Counted from the first letter of the stretch, positions 11,254 through 21,921 are shown. The stretch: 64,000 nucleotides of DNA from Oopsacas minuta (GCA_024704765.1 JAKMXF010000320.1:62001-126000), one strand, 5' to 3'. Notes: generated by a model from the letters alone, not told the origin. Numbers and translations: made by a program.

Positions 11254-13674
11254 TATGATTATAAATAGTCACCCGACCCGTGAGTATTAGAAAATAATGA
11301 AAATGCGTTCAGCCTAGGCCAAACGCAGTATTTCAGGACAAACGCATTTGGCCTAAGCTAAAAACACGTTTGGTCTGGAACATGTAGAATACTATGCAAC
11401 AACAAATTTACATATGACAAACCTGAAAAGCAATATTCGGATTCAGCGTACTTTGTTACCCCAGGCATTGAGAGCAAGTCTCTACCAAGAAAATAGGTAG
11501 CTTGTGTTTACATATCCATTGTACATCTCATGAGTTTTGGGAAAATATTATCAATCCATGGCGCTTATGGTAAGGGTGTGCTGGAATTTAGGTCAGAAAA
11601 ATTAACGCTCGGAAAATATTTTACCTATTGGGTTTGGAATATTCATTTTGCTTTCAATCTAGTGATTCGGAAACTTGTATCCAACTATCCGTAAAACTTA
11701 AATAATCACTGCCAAATAAGAGGTATGGAAAATTACTGAACATTTCTAAAGGAAAAGATGACTATAATATAATTCTATCACTTCGAATATTCAATATCTT
11801 GTTATTTTGGATACATATAGTACTTTAAGAATTCATAGAGATATTTAATATCTTTGAATTCAATTACGAGGGGCATGTATCTATGAACTTACTTGTTCTG
11901 ATCTATCCTTTTCCAGGATTAGTGGAGCGGGAGAATTTTAAGAATTCTGCCGCCTCCACTAAGACATGAACAAATATTTGCAAGAAATTCTATTGTGTCG
12001 GCCTTATTGATTCCAAGGATGTATTTACTATTTGTGACCTTTGTAGTTTGTATAGGAAACTAATGATCCAAAAAACATTTGCCTGACGCTCGAGTGATTT
12101 CCCGAGTGTCAGGCAGAAAAAGTAGTAGATACATTCTTGGACCGCTTTACTCATGGTCCAAAATCTATTTACCACACTAAAGTACGATTCCACAACATAC
12201 AGCTTACGAATCGCCTCCTGTAACAATAAGTCACACCTCCTTGTAGGAATCATCTAACCTCGACCAGAATACCATGGCAAAAGTAATGAGTAAATATATA
12301 GTAAAACATTGGATGAAATAATAAAGTAGCAAGTAAACCGATGGGAAAATAATATCCGCACGCCTTATTTTACTCAGAACGTATGGCAGAGTTCTGGATG
12401 ATTTGCGATACTTGTCCATATCCGCCCATAGTCATCTTCTCAGAAATACTACCAACAATCCGTCCTGGATTAAAAATCAATGACGGATGTAATCCGCTAT
12501 CTACCTCCCGTTATTTTTACTGTGCCGACTATACTTTAGTATAGTGGCCCAGTATTGATTAACGATTAAATCACTCAAAATATCGGCGCGGTTCCATAGG
12601 CCAATTTGTTCATAGAATCCATTTCATGAAAATATTAAACATAGTTACATATCTATTCCATTGGCATTTTAATAATATTACAAATTGGAACTAAAGTTGG
12701 ATTTAGGTTCACTTTTAGAACCCGACCGACCCGAAACCGAGTTTTTCCAATTTAAAGGCCTTCCCTCTCTCACGGAACGGAACTAAGTCATTATTTTAGG
12801 AAAACACATTTGTCGATTACTAAGCATTTGTTATGACATTTCACATCAATGATAATCAATGTCAAATTTGTATCCTTTGTGCGAAAATAAATTATTCCGC
12901 CAAGAAACCTTCCCTCTCTAATTTTCGATCTCTTATTCTTGGCTGGAGGGTGTTAGTTTTCCAGCCGAAAGGTGGTCCTGAGAATATTCAGATTTATTCA
13001 GGGGTTCTACGTACTATATATATTATATAAAAAGCAACAAATTTAACAAATTTATTACCACTACTCTGAAAAGTAAACACAAATGCTTAACGACCGTCGT
13101 TCTACGATATTCTGTGATTTACAAGGCCAAAAGAGTAGCAAACAATAATTTTGAAGTTTGTTCAAGTAGAACGTTGTCCGTTCCGTGAAATATTAAATAG
13201 GGAATCCCATCCAAAATTACAAACCAGTTTGCAATTGAACTCCGACCCCGATCCTGATCCGAAAAAGCTGAACCAAATCCAGGGGCGGTCCCAGGATTTA
13301 GCATACCCGGGCAAGGCCGGGGCTAAGATGGTTAAAGATGAAGCAAAATATTATCATACCAGTATAATAGGAAGTGATGGAATATCGGTTAATTAGGAAA
13401 GTTACACATTTGCTTGGAACCAAAGTGTCCCAATTAAGAGAAGTCAACTGATATCATAATGAGATACAGTTATGGAGTAGATAAAAATAAGAATTAATCT
13501 CAGCTAAGAGAGTACAAACTTCATGTGACTAAAACATTACAGACACTCTTATCTTAGCTCCCCAGTTCCAGCCCTATATTCTAAATATTGTATTTTCCTG
13601 AATCTATTTTATGCAGGAGAATACTCGCCACTTATTCAGGGAAATAATGTTATTTATAAAACTGTAGAGTGTAG

Positions 13675-15336
13675 ATGGCTGAAACAAAATTTATAGGAAA
13701 TATTCAGAAAGAATTAACTGGAAAGTACGATGAAGTAACTTGCTCTTCTAGTGAATGTTTGCAGTTGATCAACGATGCATTACTCCAGTTATTCAATTTC
13801 AATCATGATCAAACTATACTCGATTGTAAGAAAGCCCTCACTATTGATAAGGACTGTATTATGGCACATTATCTAATTGCATATAGTAATGCAGGCCACT
13901 ACAATAATCTAGATGGCATGGATTATAGGGAAGGATATGAAGAAGCAGAGATAGCATCCTCTCTTGCAAAGAGAATTACCTTGACTGATTGGGAAAAAGG
14001 ACTAATCGAGGCACAAGTCCATAGATTCTGTTCCCCAGTAGGTTCTGTACCATTAGGCACATTGAATAAGAATTATGCTAATGCAATGCGTAGTGTGTAT
14101 AGTAAATTCGGAGAGAATAATGTGGTAGTTGCAGCCTTGTTTGCAGAGTCATTAATGAATTTAGCTCCTTGGAAGTTATGGACTCCGTATCCTGAATACA
14201 AGGAAGGAATCCCAGAGACAGGAGAGTTAGTGAAGGTACTTGAAAATGCCCTTAAGCAATCTCCACAGCATCCAGGTTTGTGTCATTTCTACATTCACAC
14301 AATGGAACTCTCTGCTACACCTGAGAAAGCGTTACCATGTGCGGACGCTTTGCGCGAGACTATAAAGGATCATGGACACTTGCTTCACATGGCTAGCCAT
14401 ATCGACATGTGGGTAGGACACTACAAAGAAGCTACTGAAGTGAATGAACTAGCAATTCTAGCTGATAAGAGATACATGCTAACTAGCAAAGTGGAGAACA
14501 ACTTTTACAAAATGTATAGAATGCACAACTTTCATTTTATTGTATGGGCTGCAATGTTTAATGGACAATTGGGGAAATCTTTAGAGTTCGCAGAAGAATT
14601 ACAAGAATATTCGAATTTAGAAGGAGTCACTGCTATGCTAGGAAATATTCCATTTGGTATGACTTATTCAGAACCAACGAGAGTTATTATTTGGGAAGTT
14701 TTGATTCGGTTTGGTAAATGGGAAGACATTCTGAAACGGCCAATTGAACAAAACAAAGAATTGTATCCTAGCAATATTGCTATGGCACGATATGCTCGAG
14801 GTGTTGCATACGCTGCGTTAGGTAAAGTAGCAGAAGCTGAAGTGGAACGTGATTTATTCTATGAATCCCTGAAGAATAAAACACTGGCAAAGAGGCGAAT
14901 CATGAATTCATATATGTATAATCCTGAAACTCCTGGTAAATGTATTTTGGATGTTGCAGATTCCGTATTAAATGGTGAAATTGAATATCGGAAAGGGAAT
15001 TATCAACAAGCATTTGACCATCTCCGTCTTGCTGTCAAACGTGATACAAGCTTAGTTTATGGTGAACCTTGGTCCTGGCTGATGCCTACAAGGCACGTGC
15101 TGGGTGCACTATTGCTAGAACATGGAGACGTTCAAGAAGCTGAAGCCGTGTATCGAGATGATTTGATTCAGTACAAGGATAACATGTGGTCATTATTGGG
15201 TCTCCATCAATCATTGAAAGCACAGAACAAGTTGGATGAAGCTCAATCTGTCTATGAGAAGTATCAGAAAGCAAGCGTATTAGCTGATATAAAGGTTGGA
15301 GCCTCTTGCTTGTGTGCCACTAAAATGTGTTCTTAG
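13675..15336 (+). CDS. TPR-like alpha-helical protein of bacterial/fungal type, copy B (553 aa, intronless)
   Basis: Uninterrupted ATG-started ORF; inverted duplicate of 7701-9344 with a different 20-aa N-terminus. Confidence 0.87.
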   Translation: MAETKFIGNIQKELTGKYDEVTCSSSECLQLINDALLQLFNFNHDQTILDCKKALTIDKDCIMAHYLIAYSNAGHYNNLDGMDYREGYEEAEIASSLAKRITLTDWEKGLIEAQVHRFCSPVGSVPLGTLNKNYANAMRSVYSKFGENNVVVAALFAESLMNLAPWKLWTPYPEYKEGIPETGELVKVLENALKQSPQHPGLCHFYIHTMELSATPEKALPCADALRETIKDHGHLLHMASHIDMWVGHYKEATEVNELAILADKRYMLTSKVENNFYKMYRMHNFHFIVWAAMFNGQLGKSLEFAEELQEYSNLEGVTAMLGNIPFGMTYSEPTRVIIWEVLIRFGKWEDILKRPIEQNKELYPSNIAMARYARGVAYAALGKVAEAEVERDLFYESLKNKTLAKRRIMNSYMYNPETPGKCILDVADSVLNGEIEYRKGNYQQAFDHLRLAVKRDTSLVYGEPWSWLMPTRHVLGALLLEHGDVQEAEAVYRDDLIQYKDNMWSLLGLHQSLKAQNKLDEAQSVYEKYQKASVLADIKVGASCLCATKMCS

Positions 15337-15781
15337 TTCGTTCACATGGTTTCATCACCCTTTTTGTTTGAATATTTACTTTTGGTTGTTCAAATTGGCT
15401 TCTAATCCATTTGTTTTCTTAAGTTTGCTCGGGTTTTATGTTGATTTCATAATTTGTGTGCTTATTTCTTATTTACTTTTGTTCAATAGTTTTGATACCA
15501 TTGGGTCCTATAGAGCTTGTTGCCCAAATCCTAATTGCATAGGTACTGTTCTATCCGTATTTGCTTCCCGTCTCCCATGCGAAATTTAGCCCTCCGATCA
15601 GCTTGAAAATTAGTATTATAGATTTATACCTCAGATATGGATTTTCTAGTGCGAAATTTCACACTTTTGGTGATAAATCATATTTTCACATAATTTTTGC
15701 TTTTATCTCAAAGTTGTGCTAGAAATTTTCCTAATTCATGTCCATTTTCAATAAATTACTCAACTTAGATATTCACACATT

Positions 15782-18700
15782 CAGGGCCGGATTAGCAGCC
15801 TATTTGGCCTGGAGCTGAATAATTTTGATGGGCCTAAGTAGGCTCATCAAAATTATTAGGCCGCCTACCCCTACCTTACAATTCTATAAATAACAAAACA
15901 ACTTTAATGTATTTGGTAGCTAAAATATTTTAAATATTTTATAGTGTTACTTGACGTGCTTTTCGACTTGCGAAATCTCTAATCGTAGACTGCACATCGA
16001 TTTCTTGCAAAAGTTCATTTTCTATACACAGAAGAGAAAGTGCATTCAAACGATTCTGACCCATAGTGAACCGCAGTTCGTTCTTTGTCCTTTTCAATGT
16101 TGAAAAAGATCATTCCCCGCAGCAGTTAGTGACCATTAAAGATAAATATATTCGTAGTGTGGTTAACATATTCGGAAAGGTTGTGTCTAGTGCATTTCTC
16201 TTAATCAACTTGAACATTTGGAATTCTCTAATCTGCTTTGTCTTCAAACTTAGAAGAATCTGAAGAAATATAACTGTTCCAGAAAGCAGAAAACTGTACT
16301 ATTTCATCTACAAAGCCAGGTTCATTGTCATCTGAGTATATATTAATTAAATCATTAGCTTTGTCACGCATCTGATCAGAGACTAAAGAATTCAATTCTG
16401 ATAAAATCCAAACCTGTCTCTGATAACACGATATGCTGCCTGTCTTTGATTCAAAGCTGCCACTAGTTTATCAATAATTGGAATCAAATTTGTTACCATG
16501 AATTAATTTGATGGAGAAAGTTCAGCATCTTCAGTATCACCATAGTCAAATTTCTTATTTCGCTTACGCTTTCTTCGATGTTCTTTGGAGTACGTGGCAC
16601 AGTGATAAAGAACCTTACTTCGATGCTCAAATTCCATAAACTGAGAACGTAGTGAATGTACAAATTCTTTCAATGATTCTAACAACTTTGTGGCTGTATT
16701 CAAATCTAGACTTGCATCTTGAAGACATTTGCTAGTTTTATTAAACCTAATCAATATTGTAGACCAAATTTGTAACATTATTCCTGTTTCCAAACGATTC
16801 ATTATTGCAGCAAGTCCCTTTGCCTCCAAACGTGTCACAGGTTTCTCAGATTTATCTTCGCACATTAGTACAAGTACTTCTTCAATATTTGTATAACCTT
16901 TTAGTAAGGCATCTACCGCATTATGGTGTGCAGACCATCATGTGTCTGAAAGTCTTTTCAAAGTTGGTATTCCAAACTTCTTGAAGACATCAAGAAGGAG
17001 ATTCCATCTATGAGTAGAGGCAGAGAAAAACACATACAACTTTTGTACAAAATAGAAAATGAAACTGCAGCTGGACAACATTCTACAGCACTTTGTCCGA
17101 TAAGATTGAGAGAATGTGCACAACATGGAATGAATTCAGCCAACTTATTCTTTTCACGAATCAAAGCCTGCATGCCGTTATACTTTCCGCTCATGTTTGA
17201 TGCGTTGTCATATGTTTGACCTCGACAATCTTTAATGGAAACATTATTTTCTTCCAAAAAATTGAGAAGTACTTTTGCTAAATGTTCGCCAGTATGTTCA
17301 TATATTGGAATGAATCTAATAAATCGTTCTACTGGACCTCTTGGTAATACATAGCGAATTATTAGTGTTAGTTGGTCAGTGTGCGAAATGTCCGGTGTGG
17401 AGTCCACACTAATAGAATAGTACTTGGCAGTTTTGATTTCTAATATAATCTGCCTAAGAACCTGTTGTCCAATTACTTGGATAAATTAATCGCATATTGT
17501 TGATGATAAGTATGATATGTGGCCTCGCCCTTTGTTTGCATGTTTCTGAATGTGTTCTGCAAGGAATGTACCATACTCAGCTAATAACTCAAGACAACCC
17601 AAATAATTACCATTATGCACAGATCCTACTATCTCATCACTCCCACGAAATGAAAGACCTCTTGAAGAAAGCATCTTAATCAAACTTAAAATTCTCTGGA
17701 GAACTTGATGCCAATACTTATTTTTAGACTCATATTGCTCAATTAGACTTTCATCTATATGTCCACCAGTCATTCTTCGCAAAATAAGTGTTTCAATAGA
17801 TATTTTATGCAACTGACTGTCTTCATGGCGAAGTAAATCTCTGGCTGCATGCTTCCAATCTGAATAACAATTTGTTGCTAACTGTGAAGTTTCGTCTGGT
17901 GTTGAAAATAGCATGCAGATTGCGCAATACAACTTCCCAGATTCTACCGAATAGCAAAGCCAGTCACGTTGAAATTTCTCACCGTTTAACTGGTCACGAT
18001 AAAAGAGTGACTTGGTACATCGCCGCGCAAAGGTTTCACTAGGAAATGTCCTCTCGGAGGCACTAAAGTCGCTATCCATGTGCTGACAACCAGTAAACCC
18101 CTTTTGACAAAAAATACTCGCGTAAACCATCAGACATTTTCCATTTTCCTACATCACTAGAAAATGATTCTTCTTGAAGGTAATTAAAGTTCAAATTTTC
18201 AGTTTCACAAAGCATATTGCAATCAGATGGAACAGATAGAGATTCTGCTAATCCAAGGTAAAGAGGTTCATTATTCACGATTTCAATGCAATGTTTACCA
18301 TCTCCAGTTACATTAGCAATTGTGGATACTACTGCATTTTTATCAGGGGTTTTCGTAGAGCAAAACTCTGTCATTTTTCTGGTACATTCTAAAATTTTCT
18401 GTAGTTTTCTTTCTTCTTCAGACTTTGCCTTTGCTTGCCCCAACCACTGCGATATTTTTTCATCTTTCTTTTTCTTGATATATCAAAAATGAAATAGTAA
18501 GGAATGCTTCAAGCTGGGCAAACACAAATATAATCGAAAGCTGCATATAATGCAATGAAGTAAAAAGTAAGTTATAAATACAAGGTATGCTTGGGCTTAG
18601 CGGATATTATTAAATTGCTCTCTGTAATAATCTTAGAAGATATAATTTAATATAAGAAAACCTAAAGTAATGATTACTGGCAAAATTTAATTCACAATGA

Positions 18701-18980
18701 TAACATAGACTATTGGTTAACGAGCAAAATTAATATAACAATATTGAGTCATAAACACATCTATAAATCATTGCCATTCTCATAAAATAGTGAACTTAGC
18801 CTGCTATGAGATTCGCCATGGATCAACTTATAGCCTTCTTATGAAATCCGGGTGCTTCTAGGGTCAACAAAACTAACTCTTGGCTATGTCTACACGATCT
18901 ATGGCACCAACGAGGTGGGCCTATTTTTACGATGGGCCTGGGGCTGCAGCCCCATCAGCCCCCGCCTTAATCCGGCCCTG
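15782..18980 (-). mobile_element. Full-length hAT transposon (3199 bp; ZMYM1-like/Tip100-type transposase), inactivated
   Basis: TIR CAGGGCCGGATTA / TAATCCGGCCCTG; perfect 8-bp TSD CACACATT at 15774-15781 and 18981-18988. Transposase fragments on minus strand: WLCYS...LYCAICMLF, VDSTPD, GQTYDNASNM, PCCAHSLNL, KRLSDT*WSA. Confidence 0.93.
16100..18443 (-). pseudogene. hAT transposase pseudogene
   Basis: ORF pieces 18072-18443, 17486-18130, 16958-17407, 16938-17126 and 16503-16865 join into one transposase across an extra G in a G4 run (near 18100), a TAA at ICD*FIQ (17486-17488), a frameshift near 17055 and a TGA at SDT*WS (16938-16940). Lower boundary approximate. Confidence 0.88.
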
Positions 18981-19053
18981 CACACATTTCTTCTTTTTCC
19001 GCTTATAGTTCAGGTTTCGTGGGGTAAATTGTCTTTAGGTTTGTTATGTTATA

Positions 19054-19325
19054 TGCCAGAATCACGCAAGCCATGGATACATAGTATCCATGCTAGTTTC
19101 ACGCACTTGTATTTAGACAAAATGCGTACATGCTCCAACAGTGTGCCCAACTTCCATCCTGTTACGTAACCGGCCATCCCGTTACGTCATGCTAGAATCA
19201 CGCAAACAATAGATATTTCGATTCTATGGCTTCTATTCCACACACTATTATACTAGTTTCACACACTTCTATTTAGACAGAATATGTGTTTCCCCTCTCT
19301 CCATGACGTTACGCTACGTAACCTG
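19054..19325. repeat. Imperfect tandem duplication of about 130 bp
   Basis: Both units contain AGAATCACGCAA...CTAGTTTCAC(G/A)CACTT(G/C)TATTTAGACA...TACGTAACC. Confidence 0.65.
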
Positions 19326-19379
19326 ATGTCCTGGTGCATAATCGTCAGTTAAACATCATTTATTGCATTGACATAAAAA

Positions 19380-20460
19380 AGAATAGGTTATACATGGAAG
19401 TCGCAGTAGTCAAAATTTCCGAGTTGTCACAAGTCAGAATAGTTTTTTTGGACTGTTATCACCAGTCAGAATAGGAAGTAACAATATACCAGTTATTCAT
19501 TGCTTGTTGACCTCAAAGAAACAAGAGTTATTATACAAAGCTGTTTGGAGAGTCTGAAAGAAAATATCTCTATTTACACCGACCACATCCATGTCCGATT
19601 GGGAACCTGCATCAAGGAATGCTTTTAAAGAAATTCATCCTCAAATGAGGATTTTTGGATGTTGGTTCCATTATACCCTCGAATTTGGGGCAAAACTTAA
19701 AAGCTTGTTGGGCTTAGCCAAGAGGTAAAGACAATCCACAAGTTGAATATTATATCAGAAATCTAATGGTCTTACCTTTTCTGCCTGCGGCTCTCATTAA
19801 TTACACATTTTCTTCCTTGAGATGCCACCTTGGATAACAGTAAATGGAAAAAACTTGAAAATCTAACGAAATATTTTAAAAAGCATTGGCTAAACCAAGT
19901 TTCCTAGAAGAACTTTCTATTTTTGAATAGGATTTGACCATGAATAATGCAGCTTAAAGCTATCATTCCAAACTGTAGCATTGATAAACTTGCCACACAA
20001 GAATGTGTAGGTTTCTGGATACATTGAATGAGGTTATACAAGATACTGACAATGAAATAGATCGTTTACGCAATGGAAAGGAAATCACTAGGCAAAGAAA
20101 AAGAATCTATCAGAAATGATCATTGTAGGAGAATACTTAAACAAAAGTTAAGATAAGGGAATCTCACTCCAATGGAATATGCCGATGTAATCAGTCATGC
20201 AATTGGCAAAAATATCTATAGAGGACACTTACCATTCAAGCGATGATTCACAATTTTCTGATGTTGAAAGTCCTAACCAAGTTCAAAATCAAGTAAATAT
20301 TTGTATAGTTTGTCTGTCTCCTCGAGCAACAACTTGGATTTTTATGCCATATCGCAATGCAAGCTGTTGTTCAAGTTGTAGCCAACAAATTGTAGATTTG
20401 GGACAACCTTGTCCAATTTGTCGATCAAATATCGAAAGTCTATTTCTAATATTTACTTAA
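19380..20460 (+). pseudogene. Mutator-like (MULE) transposase remnant with C-terminal RING finger
   Basis: IPVIHCLLTSKKQE, DWEPASRNAFKEIHPQMRIFGCWFHY (19597-19674) and NNAA*SYHSKL (about 19943-19975) are MULE motifs. CIVC...PYRNASCCSSC...CPICR is a C3HC4-type RING with two ligands mutated. Start approximate. Confidence 0.75.
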
Positions 20461-20521
20461 TCAATGGTAATCAACTCACTATTTCATCTACTTCTTCAAT
20501 CTTACACGCCAAAATATCTTG

Positions 20522-21530
20522 TTAGTGCAGCTCCTATAGGGAGATGCCCTAATAGCATGGACGATGTGCGACTTATGTCCATCCGCGCGGCTGTGCGAAA
20601 TCTAGCTCTCCAATGAAGATGAAAATTGCCATTCACCTTTTTTGTGATTAATCATGTTTTCACAGCTTTCTATGTAAAATACAAAAGCAAGCTAGAGATT
20701 AGGTTTCAACATGTTGTCAGGGGTAATTGGGTCCAATTTTGAGATTTTAAGAGTCTGAAAGTAACTAATTCGCAGATTTATCATATGGTTAATTTTATTT
20801 TCAAACCTTTTGGTAATATTTCAAATTGATGCTAGAGATTTCGTTCAAATTCTTCTAGTCAGGGGTAGTTGAGTATGTGGATCCCAAATTTGGTCATATT
20901 TCACACCTAGCATTCTATGCAATTTTGATGACCATATATGGCATTATTGATAACTGCGCAAATATTCTTTCGAGATATCGTATCAAAATGTATTATCAGG
21001 GTATGGGAAGTGGAGTATATACCACATGTCTGTTTGATGATTTGGCCATAGTATTGGAAGTTGTCAAGTTATTGGTGAGTATTGTCAAAATATGCCATCC
21101 ATGGTCACTACTATAGCTCTGGAACACCGTAATTGTATTAATTTATTCTCTACGGAGTTTCAAAACTGCAACATTTTTCTGATACATTTGCTAAGTGAGC
21201 AATCAAATGACGTAATTTTGGCCTGCAAATAGTTTGTAGATGTAAACTCCGAGTGATGCCAAAATGTAAAATTTATCGCAACTAATATAATTCCTTAGCA
21301 CTGACTTAACGTATTCCTGGCCCAATTCCATCAATCAGTCCATTACTTTAGTGTATAGAATGCTATGTTCACACCTTTTGCATATTATTCAAAATTATGC
21401 TAGAGATATCGTTTTAACTGCTAGTCAGGGGGTAATTGAGTCTGTAGATTTTATTTTTCATTTAAAGTCATTATTTGCATGATTTATCACATGACAAATC
21501 ATATTTTCACACCTTTTTGCATTTTAAATA
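20522..21530 (+). repeat. Dispersed repeat family B: palindromic terminus plus internal tandem sub-repeats (class unassigned)
   Basis: Begins TTAGTGCAGCTCCTATAGGGAGATGCCCTAA (imperfect palindrome). Repeated GCTAGAGAT...CAGGGGTA(A/G)TTG and TTCACACCTTTT units. Inverted copy at about 58930-59374, partial copies at about 15575-15730 and 2307-2345. The 3' boundary is approximate. Confidence 0.7.
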
Positions 21531-21537
21531 TATCTAA

Positions 21538-21797
21538 CATGCTGAATCCGATTTTCACACTTTTGGATTAATCATGTGTAAATTTATTGTTGTTTTTTAT
21601 GAATATAAAGTAACAAATTATCCAAATCTCAAAATATGCGTGGATAGTTGCCCTTAACTGCTACAAAGGGAGTTAATCTTACAAAATACTTCAATAATAT
21701 TTATGCCATATACGTATATTTGTGAATTGCATTGTTTTAAATATATCTATACTCTAATACTCAAAGGGGCCGTCAATTTGGAGAAAAATGGATACCT
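21538..21797 (+). mobile_element. Fragment of the Helitron-like family lacking the usual 3' hairpins
   Basis: Aligns to the reverse complement of 54955-55205 from CATGCTGAATCCGA to AATGGATACCT, where homology stops abruptly. Confidence 0.7.
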
Positions 21798-21798
21798 A

Positions 21799-21921
21799 AT
21801 CTCTAAAGGTGTGAATAGCAGAGTTTTCGCTCTGCTGTTCACACCTTTAGAGATCATACGCCAAATTTGGCACAACTAGATGTCACTGCACTACGAGTGT
21901 AATCGTAGTGACATCTAGTTG
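21799..21921. repeat. Stack of three palindromes/hairpins
   Basis: 25-bp stem (21799-21823 / 21830-21854, one G.T pair, loop TTTTCG); GCCAAATTTGGC (21860-21871); 15-bp stem CAACTAGATGTCACT / AGTGACATCTAGTTG (21873-21887 / 21907-21921). Confidence 0.9.

Noticed and set aside
11990-12419. Two minus-strand ORFs, one with a hydrophobic IIFPSVYLLLYYF stretch recalling a channel TM helix or a LINE 3' remnant
   Set aside because: No diagnostic motif, no splice context and no supporting neighbours; cannot be assigned without a search.
15313-15336. Cys-rich C-terminus SCLCATKMCS as a prenylation signal
   Set aside because: Cys is at position -2, which fits neither CaaX nor CC/CXC.
18852-19169. 105-aa ORF crossing the hAT terminus
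   Set aside because: Spans the TIR/TSD junction into flanking repeat DNA; chance frame.
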